Source: an uncultured Acidobacteriota bacterium
GTDB lineage: Bacteria; Acidobacteriota; Vicinamibacteria; Fen-336
DNA: 64,000 bases
Direction of reading: 5' to 3'
Assembly (NCBI GenBank): GCA_964574335.1
Contig: CAZNNH010000009.1
Coordinates: forward strand, 11,634-75,633
The position numbers were made by a program, and so were the translations under genes. The notes beneath the pieces are model-generated. The model searched no databases and was not told where the DNA came from. It was given only the letters and a program-made list of their open reading frames with translations. Shown in pieces: positions 1-9,816 of the stretch (position 1 is the first letter of the stretch; every line of letters begins with the position of its first letter).

Positions 1-87
1 AGCGGGAGGGTCAGTTTGACCAGGCCGTCGGAAAGGCCAAACAGACAGCCGAGAAGATCCTCGACAAGGTCAACGACGCGGCGAAGT
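1..87 (+). CDS. 3' end of a small CsbD/YjbJ-like stress protein (partial; 5' end upstream of window)
   Basis: In-frame translation ...REGQFDQAVGKAKQTAEKILDKVNDAAK* ending at TAG 85-87; KAK/Q-rich C-terminus resembles CsbD-like proteins. Partial, weak. Confidence 0.3.
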
Positions 88-379
88 AGTCTCGACGGGT
101 ACGTCACCAGCCCGACCGCCAGCGCGGCCAAGGCGACGAGGATCCGTCGCAGGCCAGCCCCGGGTGTGCGCGAGATCCTCGCTCGCCATGCGAGCGGCAC
201 CGCAGGCGCCGCGCCAGGTCTACTAGCGGAGGACCGCGCCGCGTGCCCCGTTTCGATGCGCCCTGAGTGGCACGTGGCTTGCACCATTCCTCCCTGAGAG
301 CCCAGGCGAGGCCGGATCGCGGCGTCTCCCTGCCGTCCGAGCGCCGTCGCGGCCTCGAAGAGCAGCGGAGGATTCCTTC

Positions 380-1654
380 ATGCGTCTCCCAAAGACAGCC
401 GTCGTCCTCGGCGTTCTGGTGGCGGTCGTCGCCGTGGCGGCGCTCCTCATCCGCCAATTCGCCTTTGCGGAGCAGGCGCCTACGTTTCGCTACGCTACCG
501 TGGAGCGGGGCGACCTCCAGGCCCGCGTCTCAGCCACTGGGACGCTCCAGGCCGTCACGACGGTCAGCGTCGGCACACAGGTTTCCGGGCAGGTCTCCGC
601 GCTCCTCGTCGACTTCAACGACCACGTCCGAAAGGGCCAGCTCCTGGCACGAATCGACCCGACGCCCGCGCAGCAAGCGGTAGCCGACGCGCAGGCGAAC
701 CTCGAAAAGCTGCAAGCGCAGGCCAGCCAGGCCTCACGCGATCAGGCTCGCAGCCGCGAGCTCTCGTCAGCCGGGCTCATTGCGCCCAGCGAGCTCGAGC
801 TGGGCGGTGCCGCGCTGCAGGTCGCAGAGGCCAGCGAAAGATCCGCCCGCATCTCCCTGGAGCGGGCGCAGCAGAACCTGTCCTACACCTCCATCTACGC
901 GCCCATCGACGGTGTCGTCATCGAGCGCAACGTCGACGAAGGACAGACGGTCGCCGCCAGCCTGTCCGCTCCGCAGCTCTTCCTCATCGCCAACGACCTC
1001 ACGCACATGCAGATCCTCGCGCGGGTCGGCGAGAGCGACATCGATCAGATCCAGCAAGGCCAGACGGTGGAGTTCAGCGTCCAGGCGTTGCCGGGCCGTA
1101 CCTTCACCGGCAGTGTGCAGCAGGTACGTCTGCAGTCGACAACGGTGGACAACGTCGTCAACTACACCGTCGTCGTGACAGTGGAGAATCCCGACCGCAA
1201 GCTGCTGCCCGGAATGACCGCGCGCGTCGACTTTCTGGTGAGATCGGCGGTCAACATCCTCAAGGTGGCCAATGCGGCGCTCCGCTACAAGCCCAGCGAC
1301 GCGGTGCTGGCGCGGCTCGGCCCTGCAGCGACGCCCACCGAAGCCACGACGCCTGGCGGCGCGAAACGCGCGGTGAGTAGCGGGGGCGCATCCGGCGGGG
1401 TGCGTTCCGGGAGCCCGAACGGCGTCGGCACGCTGTACTCGCTCGACTCGGACGGCCGCCTGCAGGCCGCACGCGTCCACACGGGGCTGAGCGACGGGGC
1501 GTCGACGGAGGTTCGGGGGGGAGGCGTGAGAGAAGGCATGCAGGTCATCGACGGCCTCGCGCCGTCGACGAGCTCTGCGCTGCGGACGCCCTCGGCCAAC
1601 CCGCTAGGTGGTGCTCAGCAGGGCGCGCGCGGCCGAGGCGGCAGCGGCTTCTGA
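380..1654 (+). CDS. macA: Efflux transporter periplasmic adaptor subunit (MacA/HlyD family), with Gly/Ser/Pro-rich C-terminal linker insertion
   Basis: N-terminal TM anchor, then RYATVERGDLQARVSATGTLQAV...VSGQV...ARID (biotinyl/lipoyl-like and coiled-coil regions) and membrane-proximal domain LYSLDSDGRLQAARVHTGLSDG; directly upstream of MacB-type ATPase and permease. Confidence 0.8.
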   Translation: MRLPKTAVVLGVLVAVVAVAALLIRQFAFAEQAPTFRYATVERGDLQARVSATGTLQAVTTVSVGTQVSGQVSALLVDFNDHVRKGQLLARIDPTPAQQAVADAQANLEKLQAQASQASRDQARSRELSSAGLIAPSELELGGAALQVAEASERSARISLERAQQNLSYTSIYAPIDGVVIERNVDEGQTVAASLSAPQLFLIANDLTHMQILARVGESDIDQIQQGQTVEFSVQALPGRTFTGSVQQVRLQSTTVDNVVNYTVVVTVENPDRKLLPGMTARVDFLVRSAVNILKVANAALRYKPSDAVLARLGPAATPTEATTPGGAKRAVSSGGASGGVRSGSPNGVGTLYSLDSDGRLQAARVHTGLSDGASTEVRGGGVREGMQVIDGLAPSTSSALRTPSANPLGGAQQGARGRGGSGF

Positions 1655-1668
1655 AGAGGCAGAGCAAC

Positions 1669-2412
1669 GTGAACGACATCCTTATCCAGACCGACAAGCT
1701 CACCAAGACCTATGGCAGCGGCACGAACCAGGTGCATGCCCTGCGTTCCGTGGACTTGACCGTCACCCGGGGCGAGCTGGTGGCCATCATGGGGGCCTCG
1801 GGGTCCGGCAAGTCGACGCTGATGAACCTGCTCGGCTGTCTCGATACGCCCACGTCAGGGTCGTACACGCTGGATGGCGCGCGCGTCGACGGGCTCGGCA
1901 AGAACCAGCTCGCCGCGCTCCGCAATCAGAAACTGGGCTTCGTCTTCCAGGGATTCAACCTGCTGGCGCGCACCAGCGCCGTCAAGAACGTCGAGCTGCC
2001 GCTGCTGTACGACCGTAGCGGGCGCAAGCGGGACACCCGCGCGCTCGCCGTGGCGGCGCTCGAGCGTGTGGCGCTCGGCGATCGGCTCGATCATCTGCCG
2101 AACGAGCTGTCCGGGGGACAGCAGCAGCGAGTGGCCATCGCGCGGGCCCTGGTGGCCGAGCCTGCGCTGGTCCTGGCGGACGAGCCGACCGGGAACCTCG
2201 ACAGCCACACGACGATGGAGGTCGTGGCCCTCTTCCAGCACCTGAACCGGCAGGGCATCACGATCGTCGTCGTCACGCACGAACCCGACGTGGCCGTCTA
2301 CGCGACACGCATCGTCGCGATGCGCGACGGCCAGATCCTCAGCGACCAGCCGGTCACGAACCGCCGCAGCGCGGCCAGGGACCTGGAGGAGCGCGACAGG
2401 AGCGCGGCATGA
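1669..2412 (+). CDS. macB: ABC transporter ATP-binding protein, MacB/LolD type
   Basis: Walker [10 protein letters not shown], signature [15 protein letters not shown], Walker [14 protein letters not shown]-loop VVVTHEP; N-terminus [15 protein letters not shown] typical of MacB/LolD ATPases. Confidence 0.9.
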   Translation: MNDILIQTDKLTKTYGSGTNQVHALRSVDLTVTRGELVAIMGASGSGKSTLMNLLGCLDTPTSGSYTLDGARVDGLGKNQLAALRNQKLGFVFQGFNLLARTSAVKNVELPLLYDRSGRKRDTRALAVAALERVALGDRLDHLPNELSGGQQQRVAIARALVAEPALVLADEPTGNLDSHTTMEVVALFQHLNRQGITIVVVTHEPDVAVYATRIVAMRDGQILSDQPVTNRRSAARDLEERDRSAA

Positions 2413-3629
2413 AGCTGTCGCTGGTGATGGTCGGCCTCGCGCTGCAGAGCATCCTGAAGAACAAGACGCGGGCGATGCTGACGATGCTCGGAGTCGTCAT
2501 CGGCGTGGCCGCCGTGATCGTGATGGTCGCGGTCGGCTACGGGGCGCGCTCACGCATTCGCGAGCAGATCGGCAGCCTCGGTACGAACATGATCGTCATC
2601 ACGCCCGGTGCGAGCAGCAGCGGCGGCGTGAGCCAAGGCGCGCAGGCCTTCGCCACGCTGACCCTGGCCGACGCAGACAAGATCCGCAACCAGGCGCAGA
2701 CCGTGGTGGCGGTGTCTCCCGTGGTCGGCGGCCGCAGCCAGGTCATCGGGCCCGCCGCCAACTGGCGTACCACGATCAACGGTGTCGACACCGACTACCA
2801 GACGATCCGCGACTGGCAGACAGAGGCCGGGGCGTTCTTCGGGCCCGATGACGTGCGCGCGGCGCGTGGCGTCGCCGTGCTGGGGCGCACGGTGGCGCAG
2901 CGTCTGTTCGCCGACAGCGACCCCGTCGGTCAGGAGATCCAGGTGGCGGCGCTGCGCTTCAAGGTGACGGGGGTTCTGGTGCCGAAGGGACAGACCGCGA
3001 GCGGCAGCGACTCCGACGACGTGATCCTGATCCCGTACACCACCGCGGTGACCCGCCTCGCGGGTAGGCTGCGCATTCCGCAGATCCTCGCCGCCACCGC
3101 CTCGGAGAGGGACATTCCGGCCGCGCAGGAGGAGGTAGCGGCGCTGTTGCGCGAGTCGCACCACATCAACCGCGATGACGAGGACGACTTCACGGTCCGC
3201 AATCAGACCGACCTCGCCACCGCGGCGGAGAGCAGCACGCGCGTGATGACGCTGTTGATGGCGGCGATTGCATCCATCTCACTGCTCGTCGGCGGCATCG
3301 GCATCATGAACATCATGCTCGTCTCGGTCACGGAGCGGACTCGCGAGATCGGCATACGCCTCGCGATCGGCGCGCGCGGCTCGGATGTGCTGACCCAGTT
3401 CCTCGTCGAGAGCATCGTGATGGGCATCCTCGGGGGCATGGGCGGTCTGGCTGTTGGGATCGCGAGCGCTGAGGTGCTGGCGCACTTCACCGGCTGGGAG
3501 ACGGTGATCTCGCCGCTCGTCATGGTCGTCGCGGTCGGCTTCTCGGGGGCGGTGGGCGTCTTCTTCGGGTACTATCCGGCCCGGAAGGCGGCGGCGCTGA
3601 ACCCGATCGAGGCGCTGAGGTACGAGTGA
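2409..3629 (+). CDS. ABC transporter permease, MacB/FtsX family (periplasmic MacB domain plus 4 TM)
   Basis: ATGA overlap with upstream ATPase; N-terminal TM, large periplasmic domain, C-terminal FtsX-like TM bundle (ERTREIGIRLAIGARGSDVLTQFLVESIVMG...); ends ...NPIEALRYE typical of MacB permeases. Confidence 0.9.
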   Translation: MKLSLVMVGLALQSILKNKTRAMLTMLGVVIGVAAVIVMVAVGYGARSRIREQIGSLGTNMIVITPGASSSGGVSQGAQAFATLTLADADKIRNQAQTVVAVSPVVGGRSQVIGPAANWRTTINGVDTDYQTIRDWQTEAGAFFGPDDVRAARGVAVLGRTVAQRLFADSDPVGQEIQVAALRFKVTGVLVPKGQTASGSDSDDVILIPYTTAVTRLAGRLRIPQILAATASERDIPAAQEEVAALLRESHHINRDDEDDFTVRNQTDLATAAESSTRVMTLLMAAIASISLLVGGIGIMNIMLVSVTERTREIGIRLAIGARGSDVLTQFLVESIVMGILGGMGGLAVGIASAEVLAHFTGWETVISPLVMVVAVGFSGAVGVFFGYYPARKAAALNPIEALRYE

Positions 3630-4426
3630 GCCCGAGCGCCTCGGCCGGACGTGACGTGTACGCGAGAACTCTCCGACGCGTCGCTCGTTGGATGCTCCTG
3701 AGCGCGGTGCCTGTGCTCGTCTTCCTGGCCTACCGCTGGACTGCGCGAAAGTTGGACCCCACCAGTACGGTCGAAGAGGGCGTGTTGGCGCAGCGGACCG
3801 TGGCGCTCCAAGCCCTGGTGGACGCTGCGGACCGCGGCGCGCTGTTGAGCTTCAGGCACGCCCTGGTGATCGTCGATCAGGGCCTGGTGCAGGATCTACT
3901 GCGAGCGGCGATGCCCATCGAGGGGCCCGTGGGCGCCTTCCAAGTCCGGCTTGAGTCGGCCGAGGCGTCCTTCGGCGACGGCCTTGCGCTCATCCACCTC
4001 AACGGCAAGGCGACCCTGATCCAGTCGTCGGTGGCTGCGGACCTCAGGGTCTACGGGACGCTCGAGGTCGTGAAGATCGACCCGGGCTCCGGGCTGTTGC
4101 GTTGCGAGGTGCGGGTGTTTGGCGTGGAGGCCGACCGCGCCAACGTACTGGGAATCGACGAGCCTTTGCGTGGGGTGGCGGAGGCGCTCAGTCAGGGCGG
4201 CCTCGCGGCGCTGCTGCGCTTCGTGGAGATCCCGGTGCGCATCGACGATCACCTCACGCTTCCCGCCGTGGACTGCGAGCGTCTGCGCATTCGCGCGGCA
4301 GAGGTCCCGATCCGGGTCGAGGTGGCCAAGGTGAAGGTATTCGGGGGCAAGCTCTGGGTGGCGCTCGCTGAGCAACCATCGACGCCGGCGCAGACGGCCT
4401 CGGCCGCGCAGCGGATGCGCCAGTGA
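3626..4426 (+). CDS. Membrane-anchored hypothetical protein, translationally coupled to MacB permease
   Basis: GTG start overlapping permease stop (GTGA); N-terminal TM WMLLSAVPVLVFLAYRW; no recognisable family motif. Confidence 0.5.
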   Translation: MSPSASAGRDVYARTLRRVARWMLLSAVPVLVFLAYRWTARKLDPTSTVEEGVLAQRTVALQALVDAADRGALLSFRHALVIVDQGLVQDLLRAAMPIEGPVGAFQVRLESAEASFGDGLALIHLNGKATLIQSSVAADLRVYGTLEVVKIDPGSGLLRCEVRVFGVEADRANVLGIDEPLRGVAEALSQGGLAALLRFVEIPVRIDDHLTLPAVDCERLRIRAAEVPIRVEVAKVKVFGGKLWVALAEQPSTPAQTASAAQRMRQ

Positions 4427-5769
4427 GCCTCGCGCGCACGCTCGCGCTCCTGGTGGCGGCAGGCCTGGCTGCGGGCTACGTCGAGTCGTTGACCCGCGGC
4501 GATTCGGCGGCGCGTGTGCTGGAGCTGCGGCGCCTCCACGACGAGTTGCACGGCCGGCTCGAGGCCGGCGTGGGACGCGATCCCATCGCCGCGCGCGCGT
4601 TCGCCGATCCGGGCCAGATCGCCATCGCCGTGCGCGCGGGCCTGATCGAAGACCTGACCGCGCGGGTAGCGCGCCAGTACCTCCAGCAGGTGACCGTCGA
4701 CTTGACAGGGGTGGAGGCGCACGCAGAGGGAGATCTCCGCAAGGACACGTTGATCGGCCGCAAGAGAGTCGGTGAGTGGGCGGTGGCGGTCGTGATCAAG
4801 GAGCTGGTCGGCCGGCTCAGCGCCGGCCAGCCACGGCTGACCTTCGCCAGCAACGTGCTCGAGGTCGAGTTGCCCTTGGAAGTGCAGCCGGCCTCGGGCC
4901 AGATCGGCCTGCACTTCTCCTGGGACTCGGCCGCCGTCTTGAACCTGGTGTGCAAGGATTTCGAGGTGGACTTGGACGTCGACGGCCGCGCCCTGCGCCA
5001 ACAGCACGTCCTGCGCGGCCAGATCGAGCTGGCGGCCGACGACGACGCGCTCACCGCCACGCCGGTGATCCACGAGCGTTCCTTTCCCTTCAAGATCGAG
5101 CTGACGCCGGACTCGTGGGGCAAGGTCGAGACGGCTCTTCGCTCACAAGACTCGCTCGGACGTTGCGGGATGTTCCTCGATCCGGAGAACGTGCTGCGAA
5201 GCCTGCGCGAGCGCGTCGCCGAGGGCATCGAGATCCGATTGCCACGCTCGCTCTTCCAACCGGTGCGACTGCCGGCGCGCTTCGAACGAACGGTGAAGGT
5301 CGACGACAGCGTGGTGCATCTGTCACTGGCCGGCGAACGGCTGCGCTCCAGCGAGTCCATGCTGTGGTCGAGCACCAAGGTCAGCGTGGCCCTGGCGCAG
5401 GCGGCCGACAAGGCCTGGATCTCGATGAAGAGCGAGAGCGCGCTGATGACCACCGACGGCGCGGGCCGCAACGCCGTCGAGGTCGAGGTGGACCACGGAA
5501 AGGTCAGGCTCCACGGGACGGTCGACAGCCAGACGGTGAAGGACAAGGGCGAAGCCACCGCTCGCAGCGTCGGTGACGTGACGGACGTCCGGAACCTGCT
5601 GCAGGTCGTGAAGGAGTCCCGCCAGGAGTCGGTGAAGACCGCTGACATCCTCGCGTTCCTGACGGGGTACACCACCAGCCTGGCACACGAGCGTGGTGCC
5701 ATCGAGCCCGCCTACGACTCGGCCCTCTCCGCCACGGCCCGCAGCATGCCGGCGAAGATGCGGCGGTGA
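4423..5769 (+). CDS. Hypothetical secreted/membrane protein with C-terminal BON domain
   Basis: GTGA overlap with upstream gene; N-terminal hydrophobic segment LALLVAAGLAAGYV; C-terminal VEVEVDHGKVRLHGTVDSQTVKDKGEATARSVGDVTDVRNLLQV matches BON (OsmY-like) domain pattern. Confidence 0.5.
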   Translation: MSLARTLALLVAAGLAAGYVESLTRGDSAARVLELRRLHDELHGRLEAGVGRDPIAARAFADPGQIAIAVRAGLIEDLTARVARQYLQQVTVDLTGVEAHAEGDLRKDTLIGRKRVGEWAVAVVIKELVGRLSAGQPRLTFASNVLEVELPLEVQPASGQIGLHFSWDSAAVLNLVCKDFEVDLDVDGRALRQQHVLRGQIELAADDDALTATPVIHERSFPFKIELTPDSWGKVETALRSQDSLGRCGMFLDPENVLRSLRERVAEGIEIRLPRSLFQPVRLPARFERTVKVDDSVVHLSLAGERLRSSESMLWSSTKVSVALAQAADKAWISMKSESALMTTDGAGRNAVEVEVDHGKVRLHGTVDSQTVKDKGEATARSVGDVTDVRNLLQVVKESRQESVKTADILAFLTGYTTSLAHERGAIEPAYDSALSATARSMPAKMRR

Positions 5770-7175
5770 AGGGGGTAGATCCCGTACCAGTAGATCAGGC
5801 CACCCAGCCCCACGGGATCGAATACAGCCGTCTGGCGGATCTCCGAGCCGTCGCCCGTCGGCTTCACCTCGAACTCCAGCCAGGCGCGGCCGGGGAGCTT
5901 CATCTCGGCGGCCAGCCGCAGCCGCCGGTCCGGCTCGCAGGCCTCCACGCGCCAGAAGTCGAGGGCGTCCCCCACCTGTAGCTGCTCGGGATCTCGGCGG
6001 CCGCGCCGCATCCCCACGCCGCCGACGAGCAGATCCATGAAGCCGCGCAGCCGCCACAGCCAGTTGGCGTAGTACCAGCCTCTATGTCCGCCCAGCCGGC
6101 GGATTGGCGCGAAGGCCGCCGCGGGACTCGCCGAAACGGTGGTCGTCCGGGAATCGACCAGTCGGGAACCAAACTTGACCCCGCCCCAGCTCTGGGGGTG
6201 ACCCGCCGAGGAGATGGCATCTGACCACCGCGTCACGGCGTAGCGCTGGTCTTCGTTGCTGATGGCGCGGGCGATGGCTTGGCTCAGGCCCATGGGACGC
6301 ACGGCGAAGGCGTCCCGAGCCTCGTCGTTGGACACCACAGTCGGATTGCGGACGCCCTCGATGAGCTTTCGGCCCACTCGGGCATAGACGGGGGTGGTCA
6401 GGCCCAGCCAGAGTGAGGAGAGCCAGGGGGTGAGCACCGGCACCGGCAACAGGAGCCGGCGAAGACCCCGCTGCCGGGCGTACTCCGTCATGATCTCCGC
6501 GTAGGAGACCGGGTCGGCACCGCCGATCTCGAACACTCTCGAGCCCTCGTCCGGCAGGTCGAGAGACGCCACCAGGTACGCGATCACGTCCTCGATGGCG
6601 ATCGGCTGTGCGCTGACGTGCACCCAACGCGGACAGATCATGACCGGCAGCCTCTCGACCAGGGCACGGATCAGCTCGAAGGACAAGCTCCCCGAGCCGA
6701 GGACGATCGAGGCGCGCAGCTCGACCACGGGGACACCGCAGGCGCGCAGCGCCTGGCCGGTTTCCTGACGGCTGCGCAGATGGGGGGAGAGGCTCCCCGT
6801 CGTCTGTCCCAGGCCACCGAGATAGATGATGCGTCGAACGCCGGCCCGGGAGGCCGCGGAGCCGAAGCTCTCGGCGGCCCGACGATCGAGATCCGCGAAG
6901 TCCCCGGTGGAGCCCATGGAGTGGACCAGGTAGTAGGCCACGTCGACGGCGGCCAGGGCTGGCTCGAGGGATTGTGGCTCCAGGCAATCGCCGCGCACCA
7001 CCTCCGTCTGCGGACCGACTCTCCGCTCGAGATACTCAGGGCGCCGGGCCAGGCAGCGCAGGGGGTAGCCCGCCTCCTCCAGTACCGGAAGCAGCCGTCC
7101 TCCCACATAGCCGGTGACGCCCGTGAGCAGGACCCGGGGCCGGATCATCCCCTCACCTCGTGGGTGGTGTGACAT
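5712..7175 (-). CDS. NAD(P)-binding SDR/NmrA-like oxidoreductase with C-terminal DUF2867-like domain (likely true start at Met near 7148)
   Basis: Rossmann motif RVLLTGVTGYVGGRL, NmrA/epimerase-like body, C-terminal ...WRVEACEPDRRLRLAAEMKLPGRAWLEFEV resembling DUF2867; 3' end overlaps convergent BON gene by ~58 nt. Confidence 0.7.
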   Translation of the reverse strand: MSHHPRGEGMIRPRVLLTGVTGYVGGRLLPVLEEAGYPLRCLARRPEYLERRVGPQTEVVRGDCLEPQSLEPALAAVDVAYYLVHSMGSTGDFADLDRRAAESFGSAASRAGVRRIIYLGGLGQTTGSLSPHLRSRQETGQALRACGVPVVELRASIVLGSGSLSFELIRALVERLPVMICPRWVHVSAQPIAIEDVIAYLVASLDLPDEGSRVFEIGGADPVSYAEIMTEYARQRGLRRLLLPVPVLTPWLSSLWLGLTTPVYARVGRKLIEGVRNPTVVSNDEARDAFAVRPMGLSQAIARAISNEDQRYAVTRWSDAISSAGHPQSWGGVKFGSRLVDSRTTTVSASPAAAFAPIRRLGGHRGWYYANWLWRLRGFMDLLVGGVGMRRGRRDPEQLQVGDALDFWRVEACEPDRRLRLAAEMKLPGRAWLEFEVKPTGDGSEIRQTAVFDPVGLGGLIYWYGIYPLHRRIFAGMLRAVAERAES

Positions 7176-7437
7176 CCGAGATGTCGCGCTTGCTGGTTCA
7201 GCATCCTCGCTCCGGTGGTCCAGCCCCTCCGAGGCGGCCAGGCTGAGGGGGCTTCATGCCCACAGCGTATCTGACCGCAACGGGAATCTCATTCGATTTC
7301 GACGGGGCCAAGGGGCCTCCCGCCCCATGGCTCGCCGCGAACACAGCCGCTGGCCAGATTGTGACCCTGCACCGCGTGGCTCCGTCCGGACCGTACGGTT
7401 CCGGACACCCGCTCGGGCAGGTAAGATTCCCGGAGAC

Positions 7438-8382
7438 ATGAGCGGCACACCGGCGGCTCCGGGGCACGGCTCGGCATCTCGGGGCCTCGACACCCCGATC
7501 CTCTTCTACAACCGGCATACCGGTCGGATCGAGGAGGAGGAGGTCTACGGGGGCCACGGCGTCTGGCTCGCCTATGCCTCGCCGATCGGCCCGCTGGTGA
7601 GGGTCGTCACGGCGCGAACCGCCTGGTTCTCCCGTCTGGTCGGCTTCTGGATGAGCCGGCCGTCGAGCCGGCGACGGGTGCGACCCTTCATCGAGCGCTT
7701 TGGCATCGATCCGGGCGAGCTCGAGAAGAGCGCCGAGGAGTTCGTCAGTTTCAACGACTTCTTCACGAGGCGCCTGCGCCCGGAAGCGCGTCCGATCGAC
7801 CCGGACCCGGACAGCGTCGTCTTCCCTGCCGACGGGCGCCACCTGGGCTTCCAGGACCTATCGAAGGTCGACGCGGTGTTCGTCAAGGGCCAGCGCTTCC
7901 GGCTGGACGTTCTGCTCCGCGATGGGACGCTGTCAGAGCGCTACCGGGACGGGACAGCCGTCCTCTCGCGCCTGTGTCCCGTGGACTACCACCGCTTCCA
8001 TTTCCCGGTGGCGGGCACGCCGGGCGCGGCCCACCCGCTCGCGGGCCGGCTCGACTCGGTGAACCCGATCGCCCTGCGCCGCCGCCTCCGCGTGCTCTTC
8101 GAGAACCGCCGCCTGCTGACCATCCAGGCCACCGAGAGCTTCGGGACGGTGACGATGGTCGAGGTGGGCGCGACCTGCGTCGGCAGCATCGTCGAGACCT
8201 ACGTCGCCGGAGCCCATGTGGAGAAGGGGGCGGAGAAGGGGTACTTCCAGTTCGGCGGCTCCGCCATCGTGACGTTGTTCGAGCGAGGTCGGGTCCGCCT
8301 GGCGGCGGATCTCCTGGAGCAGTCGGCCGAGCGACGGGAGCTCTACGCGCACGTCGGCGAGCCTCTGGGATCGGGGCGTTGA
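7438..8382 (+). CDS. psd: Phosphatidylserine decarboxylase family proenzyme
   Basis: C-terminal pyruvoyl-forming GGS(T) site FQFGGSAIV, plus LCPVDYHRFHFPVAG and VNPIALRR... motifs typical of PSD. ORF extends to 7114 but the N-terminal 108 codons are Arg/Pro-rich and likely untranslated, so start is set at Met 7438. Confidence 0.75.
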   Translation: MSGTPAAPGHGSASRGLDTPILFYNRHTGRIEEEEVYGGHGVWLAYASPIGPLVRVVTARTAWFSRLVGFWMSRPSSRRRVRPFIERFGIDPGELEKSAEEFVSFNDFFTRRLRPEARPIDPDPDSVVFPADGRHLGFQDLSKVDAVFVKGQRFRLDVLLRDGTLSERYRDGTAVLSRLCPVDYHRFHFPVAGTPGAAHPLAGRLDSVNPIALRRRLRVLFENRRLLTIQATESFGTVTMVEVGATCVGSIVETYVAGAHVEKGAEKGYFQFGGSAIVTLFERGRVRLAADLLEQSAERRELYAHVGEPLGSGR

Positions 8383-8468
8383 CCCCGGCGGCGCGACCGG
8401 TTGCCGACCAGGGCCGCCCGAGAAGCGACGGGTGGTTCCCGCGCCCGCTCGACTGGTAGGATGGGTGC

Positions 8469-9716
8469 ATGATTATCCTCGTCCTCAACAGCGGAAGCTC
8501 CTCCCTCAAGTTCCAGGTCATCGATACCGACCTCGAAGCCATCGAGAAGAACGCCGACGAGACCCTCGCCGAAGGAGTCATCGAGCGGATCGGCTCCGAG
8601 GCCCTCATCACCCTGCGGGCCGAGGGCAAGCCCTCGGCCCGCAGCACCGCGCCGCTCCGCGACCACCGGGCGGCCCTGGACAAGGTGCTGCGGTGGCTGG
8701 TGTCCCCCGACTCCGCCGTCCCCGGCGTGGCCTCCATCGGCGACATCGCCGCGGTGGGCCATCGGGTGGTCCACGGCGGCGAGAAGTTCACCAAGTCGGT
8801 GGCCATCGACGACGCGGTGGTGGACCAGATCGAGGACTGCATCGAGCTGGCGCCCCTCCACAACCCCGCCAACCTCAAGGGGATCTACGCCGCCCGTGAG
8901 ATCCTCGGCCAGGGGGTGCCCCAGGTCGCGGTCTTCGACACCTCGTTCCACTCCACCATGCCGGACACCTCGTACCTCTACGCTATTCCCTACCAGTTGT
9001 ACGTCCGGCACAAGGTCCGGCGCTACGGCTTTCATGGGACCTCGCACCGCTACGTGGCGTACCGCTACCGAATCCTCACCGGGAAGTCCTACGAAGACAC
9101 CCACATCATCACCGTCCACCTCGGCAACGGCTGCTCGGCCTGCGCGATCCAGAAGGGCAACTCCATCAACACCTCGATGGGCCTCACCCCCCTCGAAGGC
9201 CTGGTGATGGGCACCCGCGGGGGCAATATCGACCCCTCGATCCTGGAGTTCCTCCACCACAAAGAGGGGCTCACGCTGGATCAGCTCGACACCCTCCTCA
9301 ACAAGCAGTCCGGTCTCCTCGGCATCTCCGGGCTCACCAACGACATGCGGGACCTGCTGGAGGAGGAACGGCTCCACCAGGACCGGCGTGCCCGGCTCGC
9401 CATCGACATCTTCTGCGAGAGGGTGAAGTTCTACCTTGGGGCGTACATGGCGCAGATGAACGGGGCCGACGCCGTGGTCTTCACCGGCGGCATCGGCGAG
9501 AACTCCCCCGAGGTCCGTGAGCGGATCTGCAGGGACCTGGACGTCCTCGGGATCGCCCTCGACAAGAAGAAGAACAAGGCCACGGTGGGCCGCAAGGAGG
9601 GCGACATCTCCGCCGAGAAGGCGAAGGTGCGGGCCTGGATCATCCCCACCAACGAAGAGCTCCTCATCGCCCGCGACACCGTGCGCTGCATCAAGGACGC
9701 CCCGCGCCGCTGGTAG
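8469..9716 (+). CDS. ackA: Acetate kinase
   Basis: Canonical N-terminus [34 protein letters not shown]-terminal [10 protein letters not shown] motif. No pta adjacent. Confidence 0.9.
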   Translation: MIILVLNSGSSSLKFQVIDTDLEAIEKNADETLAEGVIERIGSEALITLRAEGKPSARSTAPLRDHRAALDKVLRWLVSPDSAVPGVASIGDIAAVGHRVVHGGEKFTKSVAIDDAVVDQIEDCIELAPLHNPANLKGIYAAREILGQGVPQVAVFDTSFHSTMPDTSYLYAIPYQLYVRHKVRRYGFHGTSHRYVAYRYRILTGKSYEDTHIITVHLGNGCSACAIQKGNSINTSMGLTPLEGLVMGTRGGNIDPSILEFLHHKEGLTLDQLDTLLNKQSGLLGISGLTNDMRDLLEEERLHQDRRARLAIDIFCERVKFYLGAYMAQMNGADAVVFTGGIGENSPEVRERICRDLDVLGIALDKKKNKATVGRKEGDISAEKAKVRAWIIPTNEELLIARDTVRCIKDAPRRW

Positions 9717-9816
9717 CCCGCGGCTGCCCGTTCGGCTGGCTCCGGGACGGGGAGGTCGAGGAGGCATATGCTCGCCCCCGGGCAGAAGGGGCTGGTCATC
9801 GGCGGTGGGAGCAGAG

